Shown here piece by piece: positions 41,492-52,465 of a stretch of 64,000 nt of DNA. Both the position numbers and the translations under genes were made by a program. Each line of letters begins with the position of its first letter. Position 1 is the stretch's first letter. The stretch lies in NCBI GenBank assembly GCA_037305845.1, contig CP147778.1:3392001-3456000 (forward strand), in the 5' to 3' direction. The stretch is from Candidatus Freyarchaeum deiterrae (lineage in GTDB: Archaea; Asgardarchaeota; Jordiarchaeia; Jordiarchaeales; Jordiarchaeaceae). The notes beneath the pieces were generated by a model, which did no database searches, had not been told where the DNA came from, and saw only the letters and a program-made list of their open reading frames with translations.

Positions 41492-42007
41492 ATGAAGAAA
41501 AGTGACAATACATCAAGCACAGAAGAAAACAATATCCTTGTGGCTTATTTTTCTCATTCCGGCAACACGCGCGTAATTGCTACTCAAATACACGAAAGCG
41601 TCGGCGGCGATATCTTTGAAATTGTGTCCGTAGATCCGTATCCCAGCGATTACGATGAGGTTGTGGAGCAGGCACGGAAGGAACTTAGAGAGGAGTACAG
41701 ACCTAAACTGAAAACAAAAGTTGAGAACATGAAATCGTACAATGTGGTTTTCATTGGTCATCCTAACTGGTGGGGTACGATACCCATGCCGGTTGCAACA
41801 TTTTTGTCGGAATACGATTTTTCCGGAAAAACCATTGTACCGTTTTGCACACACGAGGGAAGCCGTCAGGGGCGAAGTGTTACGGATATCAAAAAACTTT
41901 GCCCGCAGTCAACCATTCTGGATGGTCTTGCAGTCCGGGGCGGAGACGTAAAAAATGCGCAGAATGAGGTATCTAAGTGGCTGCGTAAAATTGGAATGAT
42001 AGAGTAA
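41492..42007 (+). CDS. Flavodoxin-like protein
   Basis: YFSHSGNT, PNWWGT, PFCTHEGS. Confidence 0.9.
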   Translation: MKKSDNTSSTEENNILVAYFSHSGNTRVIATQIHESVGGDIFEIVSVDPYPSDYDEVVEQARKELREEYRPKLKTKVENMKSYNVVFIGHPNWWGTIPMPVATFLSEYDFSGKTIVPFCTHEGSRQGRSVTDIKKLCPQSTILDGLAVRGGDVKNAQNEVSKWLRKIGMIE

Positions 42008-42211
42008 AAAGCTAAGCCTCAGAAGTTACGAACCGGACTCGGGCTGATGCCCATGAAAACTTCGGTTGCCACTTCACTCTCTTCAAATCCATATTTGTCA
42101 ACTAATCTTCAAAACCAGTACTCATCCTATCATACAATCGCGTATATGGAAAATCATATATGCTTGAATTGGAAACTACTTTCATAAAGGGATGGAGTAG
42201 GGACACTTTAC

Positions 42212-43087
42212 ATGTCATTGAATGAATCGTTAAATGGTGGAGTTCAGGCTAAATTTTCGAAAATAGACGAATACACCATTCGTCTTTCTAGTTCTTTGTC
42301 TCTTCGAATTTACTCAGACACGAAACCCTTCAACGGTGACATAGCCGATTTGCAAAAGGGCTTAATCCTAGTTTACAAGGGAGTGGAAGCTGTTGGAGAA
42401 GGAACAGGATTCGGAGCACCCGTTATCATATATCCCAATGAAACATTTTTTTCAGGTTCGTCTCAGGTTTTCCTATCCCGGGAAAACGATTCGGTAATCA
42501 TTCGTAAAGAGTTCTTCATGGATAAGGTTCAAAGAAGCATGTTTAGAAATGTTAGTTTGAAAAACCGTAAACTACTTGCCGTACTGAGGTATTTGGCTGG
42601 CTTATACCAGGAGCATAGGCGCACACGAACTCCCATGTTGAAAAGTCAATCCCTAATGAGGAGGATGGGTTTTCACAACCGTTTCGTAAACGTTACCCCC
42701 AACGCCAAAGTGATTGTGACCTATTGCTTAAGTCAAGGGCACATCCTAGTGAAAGCAGATTTCAGGCAAATCAAGGGGAAGAACCCTCAAATCTTTATGC
42801 TAAATGAGCAGGGGACATTGTTTTTCAAAAGATACCTAGACTCAAACGGTAAGAAACTTCTTGATGAACAAATCGGTGCCTGGGAACCAATTGACAGCGA
42901 GTGGGCGAGTGTAACCAATCCCCAGGGCAGAGTAGGATTCCGCTTAAAAAGGCTGAAGAACAGTTTTCTACGAATCGGAAGAGAGTATCTAGAAGACAGT
43001 CTGGATTGGGTAGGATTAGACTATGAACTCCATCCCAACGAATACTACTTCGAATACGGAATTGAAATTTTGGAGGATAATTCATAG
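42212..43087 (+). CDS. Conserved hypothetical protein, upstream partner of the radical SAM gene
   Basis: LQKGL, GEGTGFGAP, NEQG, IGAW, GRE, WVGLDY motifs; 1 nt from the next ATG. Confidence 0.7.
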   Translation: MSLNESLNGGVQAKFSKIDEYTIRLSSSLSLRIYSDTKPFNGDIADLQKGLILVYKGVEAVGEGTGFGAPVIIYPNETFFSGSSQVFLSRENDSVIIRKEFFMDKVQRSMFRNVSLKNRKLLAVLRYLAGLYQEHRRTRTPMLKSQSLMRRMGFHNRFVNVTPNAKVIVTYCLSQGHILVKADFRQIKGKNPQIFMLNEQGTLFFKRYLDSNGKKLLDEQIGAWEPIDSEWASVTNPQGRVGFRLKRLKNSFLRIGREYLEDSLDWVGLDYELHPNEYYFEYGIEILEDNS

Positions 43088-43088
43088 T

Positions 43089-44447
43089 ATGACGACTGTT
43101 ACATTAGTTTACCCATATTTTCACTCTCCCAGCGATAATTCAAGCTTCAGACATCCACCACTAGGATTGGGTTACATCGCCGCATATCTAAAACAACACA
43201 ACATCTCAGTTGAACTGGTAGACTGCACTTTTATCAGCCAAGAAGAAGCTCTAGAAAAAATTAGGCGTTCCAACCCCAAGATAATAGGAATTTACTCCAT
43301 GTTCTCCATGAAAAGCAAATCTCTAAAAATAGCCAAACTCACCAGAAAAAACTGCGAGCTGCTCGTTACCGGAGGACCATTACCCACACTGAAACCAGAA
43401 GAATACCTTAACGATTTCGACATAGTAGTTATAGGCGAAGGCGAGGAAACCATGCTTGAGCTGGTACAAAATTTTGAGAACCGCCATGATTTCTCGAAAG
43501 TGAGTGGAATAGCATACAAAGACAAAGGCAAAATCAAAGTCACCCCTCCGAGAGAACAAATTAAGAACCTAGATAGTATGCCGTTTCCAGCCCGAGAATT
43601 ATTTGATAACAAGGGATACAAGGAGTATTACTTCAAAAAATTCGGCTACACCACTACCACCATAATGTCATCTAGAGGGTGCCCCTTTGACTGCGACTTC
43701 TGCAGTCGACCGGTTTTTGGCAATAAATTGAGAACCAGATCTCCAGCGAACGTTGTAGACGAGATGGAGACGGTGGTTGAGCTGGGATACGACAGAATAT
43801 TTTTCTCGGACGACTGCTTCACACTGAGCCGTAAAGGGCTAATTGAGGTCTGCAATGAAATCATCAGACGAGGCGTAAAAATCGATTGGGAGTGCCTGTC
43901 CCGGGTGGATACAGTAGACCGAGAAGTAACCCAAAAAATGAAGCAAGCCGGGTGTGTACGCGTTTTCTTCGGCATCGAGTCAGGAAACGAATCCGTACTG
44001 GCTCTCATGAACAAAAGAATAAGCCTCAAGCAAGCTGAAGAAGCAGTACACCTGACCAAACAAAGCGGAATCCAAGTTGGCGCATTTTTCATAGTAGGAT
44101 ACCCAGGCGAGAACAACGAAACCATTCTCGACACGGTGAGATTCGCTTCCTCACTCCCCTTAGACTATCTCTCTTTCACCATGCCTTACCCTATTCCGGG
44201 AACACCCCTTTACGACAGAATGAAAGAGGACATAATATTTGAAGATTGGGAGGAACCCAAAAATCGGAGTCTAGTAAAACACAAACTAATGTTCGAATCT
44301 CCTTTCTCCGAAGCCAAACTCAAATTCGCCATTCTGAAAGCAAGAATACAATCCAAGCTAAGAAAACATCTCGGAACCAACGGATACAAGATAATAGGTA
44401 CACCCTTCGAACAAATAACAGACTTCACATTCAAACATTTGCTTTGA
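43089..44447 (+). CDS. Cobalamin-binding (class B) radical SAM protein
   Basis: PPLGLGYIAAYL, GGP, GEGEET, SRGCPFDCDFC, FGIESG. Confidence 0.92.
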   Translation: MTTVTLVYPYFHSPSDNSSFRHPPLGLGYIAAYLKQHNISVELVDCTFISQEEALEKIRRSNPKIIGIYSMFSMKSKSLKIAKLTRKNCELLVTGGPLPTLKPEEYLNDFDIVVIGEGEETMLELVQNFENRHDFSKVSGIAYKDKGKIKVTPPREQIKNLDSMPFPARELFDNKGYKEYYFKKFGYTTTTIMSSRGCPFDCDFCSRPVFGNKLRTRSPANVVDEMETVVELGYDRIFFSDDCFTLSRKGLIEVCNEIIRRGVKIDWECLSRVDTVDREVTQKMKQAGCVRVFFGIESGNESVLALMNKRISLKQAEEAVHLTKQSGIQVGAFFIVGYPGENNETILDTVRFASSLPLDYLSFTMPYPIPGTPLYDRMKEDIIFEDWEEPKNRSLVKHKLMFESPFSEAKLKFAILKARIQSKLRKHLGTNGYKIIGTPFEQITDFTFKHLL

Positions 44448-44589
44448 GTCCAATCAATAACACTAAATACTTCGGAATATTTTCTAGACTAGCTATTGCC
44501 TAAAAAAATCTCTGAACCCTTCAACATTAACCTATTCAAGCATCCAGTACTAGGAAGCTGACCAAACACACCACCCCGCGTCTGATTGC

Positions 44590-44793
44590 TTGAAATTTCC
44601 GAGATAAAGACTCGGGCTGGCTCTTTTTCCTCAAACAGCAAATTTATTAATAGCACCAATAAATTGTTTTGTTAGAATATATAAAAAATATAATATATAT
44701 AACATGCTTATAAAATTCGAAAAACGCGAAATGCTAAAACTTAAATCGAATCAAAATATTAACCGCATAAATCAGCGAAGGGGAGCAAAAAAT
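44590..44793 (+). promoter_or_regulatory. Shared ~200-bp upstream element, copy C
   Basis: gactcgggctggctctttttcctcaaacagcaaatTTATTAATAg...aaatattaaccgc...ggggagcaaa. Confidence 0.65.
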
Positions 44794-46962
44794 TTGAAAA
44801 GCACAAAGACAAGAAGGAAAAACGTAAAGATGTTATTCTTAGCAGCGATACTCCTCACAGCAACAACCACAGCTATATTACTCCAGAACCAGAACCAAAA
44901 CACCTACCCGCTCATCAATATATACATGCAGAGCGTCTCCCAGGGAAACCCTGATGTCATTCGAGAAAAAATGGACATTTCGTTTGACTACAATTTTTCA
45001 GGAGACCTCTATGAACCAATAAATGTGCTGGCGGACAACATAGTGATAGACGGAAACGGATACACCGTGCAAGGCCCTGGAGATTACTCTGGTTACGGTT
45101 TCAACTTGACTGGCAGAAGCAACGTAACCATAAAGAACGTAATAGTCACATGGTGGAACACAAGCTTTTACCTGAATTCCTGTCAAAACTGTAAACTCAT
45201 AAACAACACAGCCACATACAATTGGGCTGGCTTCTACCTATATAATTCGAGCAACAATAATACTCTTACTGGCAACACTGCCACAGACAACTGGGAAAAC
45301 GGCTTCTATCTGTACGATAGTTCGTACAATACTCTTTCGGGTAATGTTATGGTTGGGAATGGGTTATCTGTGTCGGGTTCTCTCGCAGTTTTAGCTTCGA
45401 ATGTTGTTGATCAGAGTAACACTGTGAACGGCGGGGTCCTCTACTACTATGTGAGTAGGAGTGGGCTTTCCGCTGCGAATTTCACGAACGCTGGTCAGGT
45501 GGTACTCGTCAACTGCACCAACTCCGAAATCTCCGACCTAAACATCTCCTACATCTACGCAGGAATCCAGTTACACTACTCCAGAAACATTACAATCTCA
45601 AGAAACAATGTTTCCTACAACTATTATGGCATTTACCTCAATAATTCGAACAACAACACCCTTTCAAACAACACAGCCACAGACAACTTCTACGGGGCTG
45701 GCTTCTACCTATATAATTCGAGCAATAATACTTTTACTGGCAACAATGCCACAAACAACAACAACGGAGACGGCTTCTTCCTAGAATCCAGCTCGAATAA
45801 CAATATTCTTTCGGGTAACACAGCAAACAACAACATCTGGGGCTTCTACCTATACAACAGCTATTACAATAATATTCTTTCGGGTAACATAGCAAACAAC
45901 AATTATTATGGCTTCATCCTCGATTCTTCGTGTAACAATAATATTCTTTCGGGTAACAATGCCACAAACAACAATTATGGCTTCTACCTATATAATTCGA
46001 GCAATAATAATACTCTTACTGGCAACACCGCCACAAACAACTACTGTGGCTTCTCCTTGTGGGAAAGCTTGAATAACAACATTTCGGGTAACACCGCCAC
46101 AAACAACAATGGTGATAGCTTCTACCTAGATTTTTCGAGCAATAATAATACTCTTACTGGCAACACCGCCACAAACAACTACCGGGGCTTCTATTTAGGT
46201 CAGTCGAGCAATAATACTCTTACTAGCAACACCGCAAACAGCAACATCTACGGCTTCTACCTGTACAATAGCTCTTACAATAATCTTTCGGGTAATACCG
46301 CAAACAACAACTACGACGGAGGCTTCTACTTAAATTCTTTGAGCAATGATAATAATCTTACTGGCAACAACGCCACAAGCGACCACCAATGCTTCTACCT
46401 ATATAATTCAAGCAATAATACTCTTACTGGCAACAACGCCACAAGCGACCACCAATGCTTCTACACATGTGATTCAAGCAATAATAATACTCTTACTGGC
46501 AACACCGCAAAAGACACCTCCCCGGGCTGGACGCTGATAGGATGCAAGTTCGGGTATGCATATACTCCGCGATACAATTGGGGCTTTTACTTGATTAATA
46601 GCTCTTACAATACTCTCATAAATAACACAATCGAAGACTACTGGGGCCGCGACTTTAACCAAAACTCTTACTCTATCAATAACACTCTTGAAAATAACAC
46701 AGTTATCGCCACCGGCTCACCTCTGGAAAATCTGTTATACAGTATGCTTAACGCCTCGTCTCTCTATAATCCGCAAGGTGCACAACTAGAGACCGGTCTA
46801 TTGATTACTTTGATGATAGTGGTGGGTGTAGTTTTGGTAGTAGTAGGGGTGAACTATTATCATAAGAGGAGCGAGGGCGGCGTAACGTCTCATGGTAAGC
46901 CTAAGGCTTCCAAACAGCGTAAGCCTGGGCCCGAACCTGAAAGATGGGAAACCCCATCCTAG
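44794..46962 (+). CDS. NosD/CASH beta-helix surface glycoprotein with C-terminal TM and short tail (no RING)
   Basis: Signal AAILLTATTTA...QNQNQN shared with 21988-23961; many GFYL..SSNNTLTGN coils and N-x-S/T sequons. TTG at 44794 follows the RBS (ORF open from 44704). Confidence 0.88.
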   Translation: MKSTKTRRKNVKMLFLAAILLTATTTAILLQNQNQNTYPLINIYMQSVSQGNPDVIREKMDISFDYNFSGDLYEPINVLADNIVIDGNGYTVQGPGDYSGYGFNLTGRSNVTIKNVIVTWWNTSFYLNSCQNCKLINNTATYNWAGFYLYNSSNNNTLTGNTATDNWENGFYLYDSSYNTLSGNVMVGNGLSVSGSLAVLASNVVDQSNTVNGGVLYYYVSRSGLSAANFTNAGQVVLVNCTNSEISDLNISYIYAGIQLHYSRNITISRNNVSYNYYGIYLNNSNNNTLSNNTATDNFYGAGFYLYNSSNNTFTGNNATNNNNGDGFFLESSSNNNILSGNTANNNIWGFYLYNSYYNNILSGNIANNNYYGFILDSSCNNNILSGNNATNNNYGFYLYNSSNNNTLTGNTATNNYCGFSLWESLNNNISGNTATNNNGDSFYLDFSSNNNTLTGNTATNNYRGFYLGQSSNNTLTSNTANSNIYGFYLYNSSYNNLSGNTANNNYDGGFYLNSLSNDNNLTGNNATSDHQCFYLYNSSNNTLTGNNATSDHQCFYTCDSSNNNTLTGNTAKDTSPGWTLIGCKFGYAYTPRYNWGFYLINSSYNTLINNTIEDYWGRDFNQNSYSINNTLENNTVIATGSPLENLLYSMLNASSLYNPQGAQLETGLLITLMIVVGVVLVVVGVNYYHKRSEGGVTSHGKPKASKQRKPGPEPERWETPS

Positions 46963-47102
46963 TTGTCCCCTCACTGATTCTAGAGGTAGTGTATCAGAGA
47001 TTCGAGTCTAACCTGTTACATACGCAAATTTTCCCTCTATTTTTTAACTTCCCTATTCTGAAAAACATTACAACAAAAATGTGTATGCTATTGAACGAAT
47101 AT

Positions 47103-47918
47103 TCATTTTCGGCTTTTTTCTTTCTCTTCGAATCTTCGTAAGGCTTCTGTTGCGGCATCTTGGACTTCTTTTTCTTTGTCCTTTAGGGCGTGGTTGAGTG
47201 GTTTTACTGCTTTTTTGTCTCCTATTAGTCCTAGGGCTTGTACTGCTTCTCTTCGCACGTACCAGTCTTCGTCTTTGAGGGCTTGTATTAGTGGGTCTAC
47301 TGCTGTTGTGTCTCCTATTTCTCCGAGGGCTTTTGCTGCTTCTCCTCTTACCTCGCTCTCTTCGTCGTTTAGGATTTGGATGAGTGGTTCTACTGCTCTT
47401 GTTTCTTTCATGTTTCCGAGGGCCATTGCTGCTTCTCCTAGGACGTCCCAGTTTTCATCGTTTAGGGCCTGTAGGAGTGGTTCTACCGCTTTTTCGTCTT
47501 TTATTCTTCCGAGAGCCCAAACCGCGCTCAATCTAACGTCGTCGTCTTCGTCTTCCTTTAGAGTTTGTACTAGAATTTCCACAGCTTTTGCATCCCCTAT
47601 CTCGCCCAGAGCCTCCGCCGCGTTTCCTCTAACCTCACCATCTTCATCGTTCAGAAGTTGGATGAGAGAATCAACCGCCCTCCCATCTCTTATAACTCCG
47701 AGAGACTGTGCTGCTACTCCCCTAACCTCCCTGTTCTTGTCCTTTAGAACTTGGATGAGGGGCTCCACCGCCTTTGCATCCCCTAGGTCTCCGAGGGATC
47801 TTGCCGCTTCTAAACGGACTGTCCAATCTTCATCCTTAAGGTCCTTTATCAAAGTCTTTATCTCATTCTCTGCTTTCATGCTTTCCACATCCACTTGGGT
47901 AGATTCACTTTTTCCCAT
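47103..47918 (-). CDS. PBS-lyase HEAT-like repeat protein
   Basis: About eight 31-aa repeats, AVEPLIQxLxDEDxxVRxxAAxALGxIGD. Confidence 0.92.
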   Translation of the reverse strand: MGKSESTQVDVESMKAENEIKTLIKDLKDEDWTVRLEAARSLGDLGDAKAVEPLIQVLKDKNREVRGVAAQSLGVIRDGRAVDSLIQLLNDEDGEVRGNAAEALGEIGDAKAVEILVQTLKEDEDDDVRLSAVWALGRIKDEKAVEPLLQALNDENWDVLGEAAMALGNMKETRAVEPLIQILNDEESEVRGEAAKALGEIGDTTAVDPLIQALKDEDWYVRREAVQALGLIGDKKAVKPLNHALKDKEKEVQDAATEALRRFEEKEKSRK

Positions 47919-48242
47919 TTCACCCTTTAAAACTCCTCAGAACAATTTGACTATAATACTGGTATGGAATTCAAAACTCGAGCCTTTCAAATTTGGGCGA
48001 ATAATAATAAATTTGTGTAACCGCTCAATTGTCAGTTACCTATATAATTGTTACTCCTCTTCTCCTTCTACATAATGCTGCATTAAGCCACGCGGGGTCT
48101 AAATTCAATAATTTTTAATTGCGGAATGAGCTTATATGTCTGACCTCTTACTACTGCCTTTTCCTTCAACCACTCTTGGATATAGCTCGAAGCGCTCCCA
48201 CTTGTCTAAATGTGGCGTTTTACACAAAAAATGCGGCTACTA

Positions 48243-49049
48243 TTATTTAATTCCAATGCCTTTAAAGAAAGTATAACAAAATGTGCCATCCGGAGATTCC
48301 GCTACTTTATTCAGGTCTCTAATTCCTTTATCCCAGGAAGATTTGTCTATTAGCTTTAGCTCTAATGCTTGCTTTTTTACTCCCTCAACCATTGGTATAA
48401 TCGTTTTTCTCACGAACCCATCCACTAGTTCAGGTTTACTCGAATCAGCATAGACTACTCGGGGTGAGACGTTAATTTTCTGAAGATCCGCTTTGTTCAG
48501 CAGAGGGAAAAGCTGTCGTCCGATTAGTGAATTTCCTTTCAAATATGTTTGCACCTGAATTAGGCAACGCCAGGCTATTATCGCTTCGCGAGTTTCAGGG
48601 TGGAAATAGCATGAGCCGTGGTCGCCTTCTATGACTGTTAGGGAGCCAGCGGTTTTCAAGACTTTTCTTAGCTCTATCAAAGCCCTTACAGGTTCTTGGA
48701 GGTGTTCAAGCACAAAGCATACAAATACGTGGTCGAATCTCTCCTCCTCAAAGGGAAGAGCAAAGATATCGGCTTGTCGGAAATGAACGTTTGTTATATT
48801 TTCTTTGTCGATTAAATCTCTTGCTTTGTTAAGTGAGTCCTGCGAAATGTCTATTGAGGTAAACTCGGAGTCTGGACTGTTTTTAGCTAGTATGGCTGTC
48901 TGTGCTCCTACGCCGCACCCTGCTTCCAAAACTCTGCTACCTTGTGGATAAACTGTGTCATGGTGCAGAAGATCTGCGAGTGTATTGGCTTGGTCGTATA
49001 GTCTTTCTGATTCTCTTTCCGAATATCCATGTGTATATTTATTGTTCAT
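48243..49049 (-). CDS. Class I SAM-dependent methyltransferase
   Basis: YTHGYS, VLEAGCGVG, FDHVFVCFVLEHL, EGDHGS, FCYTFFK. Confidence 0.88.
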   Translation of the reverse strand: MNNKYTHGYSERESERLYDQANTLADLLHHDTVYPQGSRVLEAGCGVGAQTAILAKNSPDSEFTSIDISQDSLNKARDLIDKENITNVHFRQADIFALPFEEERFDHVFVCFVLEHLQEPVRALIELRKVLKTAGSLTVIEGDHGSCYFHPETREAIIAWRCLIQVQTYLKGNSLIGRQLFPLLNKADLQKINVSPRVVYADSSKPELVDGFVRKTIIPMVEGVKKQALELKLIDKSSWDKGIRDLNKVAESPDGTFCYTFFKGIGIK

Positions 49050-49162
49050 AAAATAACTATCTCTCCACTACTAACTCTTGACTATAAATTTGAAGCAATA
49101 TTTCCTTTAACGCTTAGGGATATATGAATTTGTCTTAAAACATTTTGGGCCTCGAACTTAAC

Positions 49163-50533
49163 TTAGATAATGCTCAGGTGGAGCCCAAGTACTGCAATTT
49201 CTACCCAAAGAATAATTGAAGCTGCAGCAACCTCCAGGATGGATAGCACGGAGCCAACTTTGAGGTAGTCTCTGAGTCTGATGGTTAGTCCTTTTCTTTT
49301 CATGGTGGCCATCCACATTAGAATTGCCAGTGAGCCTAGTGGGAAAAAGTGGGGACCAAGATTGTTCCCGATTATGTTTGAGAAGATTAAGCCGGTAATG
49401 ATTTGAGGGCTTAAGAAAAGGCTGTAGTAGGTTGTTGCCTGCCTTATTGTTAAGAGTCCGAGTAAGGTCATTGGCCAGTTGTTCATGAAACTGGCGCTAA
49501 CTGTTACAATGAGGCTGGGGGCGAGGATGGATAGAAATGAAGGCCAATAGGAAGTAGTAACGAATAGGTATGCGAAATAATCAACTATGCCTGTGGTTCT
49601 TAAGCCTTGGACTACTAAAAAAATTGCAATCAAAAAAACTACGATATCCCAGTTGATCGCTTTCAAAATGCTTCGAACACCTTTTCTCTCTTCTTTCAAA
49701 ACATATTTCTGTTTCTGTGTCGCCCAAAAGACCGCGATAAGGAAAACGGCTCCGGAACAAATGACAAAAGAGACCGGTATTCCCTTAAACGAGGTTATAA
49801 CGTAGCCCACGTCGATGGCAATCAGGGTGGCAGCGCTAATTTTTAATCGTTTGGGTGTTATTATTGTGCCGTCGACTGCTAATGTTTCTACGAGGGTGAC
49901 GGAGTATGATTTTGGGACTTTTTTTCTGAAGAAGAGATAGACCACGAGAAGACTGATTACTACTGTGACAACGGCTATCGGTCCCATAAATGTCAGGTGG
50001 TCAATGAAGCTGTACTTGAAATAGTCTGCACTAACGATGTTTACTGGGTTGCTTGTTATCAGAGGCATTGCTGCGGTATCAGCGATGAGTCCCGCCGCGA
50101 AAAGGTACGCTAGTCTGCCCTCCTTCTCCATTTTAAGTTGGTTAACAATCTCCAAGACAATAGGTGTCAAAATCAGCACCGCACTGTCATTGGCAAAAAG
50201 TATGCTTACAGCCGCTGTAAGGAGAGCGATGTAAAAGTAGAGCCTTAGACCGCTGCCGCCAGCCAGCTTTGCCACCTTTAAAGCTGCCCATTTAAAGAAC
50301 CCCATAGCGTCCAGCGTCACGGACATCGCAACTATGCCGATGAAAGCCAGGGCGGCGTCCCATATAATTGTGAGCGCGTTAACGGCATCACTTACTGTTA
50401 CGATTCCCAGAAGAAGCATGGCGATTGCCCCGATTCCCGCAGCGACGCCCAAGTTAATATTCCGGGGTCTCCTTATCATAAGAACCAGCGTCACCAAGAA
50501 AATGCCCACTGCGGCAATAGGCTCCCAATCCAT
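49163..50533 (-). CDS. ArsB/NhaD-family ion transporter
   Basis: GFFKWAAL, FANDSAVLILTP, SNPVNIV, MNNWP, NLGP...GSLAILMW. Confidence 0.88.
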   Translation of the reverse strand: MDWEPIAAVGIFLVTLVLMIRRPRNINLGVAAGIGAIAMLLLGIVTVSDAVNALTIIWDAALAFIGIVAMSVTLDAMGFFKWAALKVAKLAGGSGLRLYFYIALLTAAVSILFANDSAVLILTPIVLEIVNQLKMEKEGRLAYLFAAGLIADTAAMPLITSNPVNIVSADYFKYSFIDHLTFMGPIAVVTVVISLLVVYLFFRKKVPKSYSVTLVETLAVDGTIITPKRLKISAATLIAIDVGYVITSFKGIPVSFVICSGAVFLIAVFWATQKQKYVLKEERKGVRSILKAINWDIVVFLIAIFLVVQGLRTTGIVDYFAYLFVTTSYWPSFLSILAPSLIVTVSASFMNNWPMTLLGLLTIRQATTYYSLFLSPQIITGLIFSNIIGNNLGPHFFPLGSLAILMWMATMKRKGLTIRLRDYLKVGSVLSILEVAAASIILWVEIAVLGLHLSII

Positions 50534-50976
50534 GTTTTCTCACCTTTAACGAGTTGTCTTCTGACCTGGTGCAGTTGAAGCAAACAATGGAGATGAAACT
50601 ATTACTAGTATGCTCACAAGTGTGGACACTTTACTGTCTCCCCTCACTTCACTCATTCCAATAATCATAGTAGCGTTTCTCAGTTGCATTAGAGTTCATA
50701 TTTTGAGTTCCCTCTATTTTTCCGGATGGATTGAAATAACTGTATTGTTCAGTTATACAACCTTGATATAAGCTTTTTTCATTCTAATTTATTCACACAA
50801 AAAAATGGATGCGTGGTAAACATTTACCTATAGTTTAAATTTAAACCTTAGGCTAAAGTCAAGTCAGGCTATTAAACAGCAACAGTACTTACCAAAGACT
50901 TTTGCCGCTTTCTAAATATTTTAATATTAATTAGTTCTTATTTTCTTATCAAAATAGAGGTGGAGGGATAATCTAA

Positions 50977-51495
50977 ATGAGTTCACAAAGACCCATGGGA
51001 ATAACCGCACTAGCCATAATCTTCCTAATACTTGCAACGCTAGGAATCATTGCAGGAATACTAGTCGCAGCCGTAGTGGTTCCCACGTTTCAAAACACGT
51101 TACAAAATGATTTTCTCAGTATCTTTTTCTCTTTCGGAATCACTCCAATGTACATCTATGCTCAATCTGCATTTTTACTTGATATACTTGGTGCAACCCA
51201 ATTGCTATCTTCTATTGGGGCATACCAATTCATTGCTGTGGGGGCTTTGATTGGTTCGGTTTTACATATTTTAGACGGTGTTGGCTTGTTATACATGAAG
51301 AAGTGGGCGTACTACCTTGCATTGATACTCGGAATAAGCGGCATAATCGCCGGGGTAATCGGAATAATATCTATACAGGGCATAATGGCTCTAATCGCCG
51401 GGGTAATAATAGTAATGTACCTGATATTCGCTCTGATATTCGGAATAATAATAGTAGTGTACCTGATGGTAAAAATAAAACACGAGTTTGAATAA
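50977..51495 (+). CDS. RPxG-family membrane protein 4
   Basis: RPMGITALA...GLLYMKKWAYYLAL...IKHEFE. Confidence 0.85.
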   Translation: MSSQRPMGITALAIIFLILATLGIIAGILVAAVVVPTFQNTLQNDFLSIFFSFGITPMYIYAQSAFLLDILGATQLLSSIGAYQFIAVGALIGSVLHILDGVGLLYMKKWAYYLALILGISGIIAGVIGIISIQGIMALIAGVIIVMYLIFALIFGIIIVVYLMVKIKHEFE

Positions 51496-51589
51496 TTACT
51501 ATTATTATTTCCTCAATTTTTTTAATTGAAATATTAAATCAATTAGGAAAAGATAATTAGTTCTTGGGTCTCTAGGAATTTTATCCCCA

Positions 51590-52428
51590 ATGTATTTTTA
51601 CCCGGAATTGCTTCTACAAAAATATTTTTATATCTAAACAATGCTTTCTAGTGATTAAAAAAATATGGGTGGGATATAGAATGGCTTTTAGACCGCGTGA
51701 CATAACTGGGATAGCTATAAGCCTCATAATTTTTGCCGCACTGGGAGTCATCGGAGCAATTTTTATCGAGGCTGTATTGATACCTCCTTATCAAACCTCA
51801 AACTACACCCGTCTCCTCACAATCCTCATCGGATGGTATTATTCTGGAGCCTTTTTATCTCAGGGTGAATTGATCCTTATTTCTTTCCAATCTATTTTCA
51901 TGAGCAATGGTATGACCATCGCAGGCTATTTACAATTTGTTCACGTTGGGGTTTTGATTGTTCTAGCCATTGTGCCCCTGCTTATTATTTCTGCTGTTGG
52001 ACTATTCAGGATGAAGCGATGGGGGCGCTACCTCGGGTTGGTAGTTGGATTAATATTCATAATTGGCAGTATAGCCGAAATAATAATAACAATTACAATT
52101 GGCGGCATAGTTGCGTCATTTATTGGTCTCGTTATATATTTTGTGCCCTACGGAGTATGGATAATCTTTAGAATTTATAGAGTATCAAAAGATGATTTTG
52201 AATGAAATAAAAAAACCGCTCCCAATTTTTTTCGGGTGGTTTTGAATTCTTCATTATAATTTGATTTTTGCTGGTGATGTTCACCTTTCAAAAAAATTGT
52301 CTATTGCTCTGAGAAACTAAGAGAGAGTGTGCTGTTGGGAGGTGGTATCTGGTTTTGAGGATTTTTTGTTCTGAAATTTTTCTTTACTTTATTTACTCGT
52401 GATTGGTGTCGCATTAAAAATATTTTTA
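51590..52428 (+). repeat. Inverted segmental duplication, left copy (promoter, gene, terminator, intergenic DNA, next promoter)
   Basis: 52244-52428 aligns with the reverse complement of 57827-58012, and the genes and promoters are paralogous. Confidence 0.85.
51681..52205 (+). CDS. RPxG-family membrane protein 5
   Basis: MAFRPRDITGIA...GLFRMKRWGRYLG...SKDDFE. Confidence 0.85.
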   Translation: MAFRPRDITGIAISLIIFAALGVIGAIFIEAVLIPPYQTSNYTRLLTILIGWYYSGAFLSQGELILISFQSIFMSNGMTIAGYLQFVHVGVLIVLAIVPLLIISAVGLFRMKRWGRYLGLVVGLIFIIGSIAEIIITITIGGIVASFIGLVIYFVPYGVWIIFRIYRVSKDDFE

Positions 52429-52465
52429 TATTTAAATTGATAAGCCTTATCAACAGTAAAAAATA

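Noticed and set aside
44794-46962. Diversity-generating retroelement target (AAC-rich repeats)
   Set aside because: No reverse transcriptase and no template/variable repeat pair differing only at adenines was seen; ordinary beta-helix coils explain the repeats.
47176-48075. 299-aa plus-strand ORF
   Set aside because: Antisense shadow of the HEAT-repeat gene.
50545-50700. Two tiny minus-strand ORFs upstream of the ArsB-like gene; similar coding-like scraps near 6010-6210, 29590-29790, 42020-42100 and 48130-48225
   Set aside because: Too short or broken to assign without a homology search; possibly gene debris.
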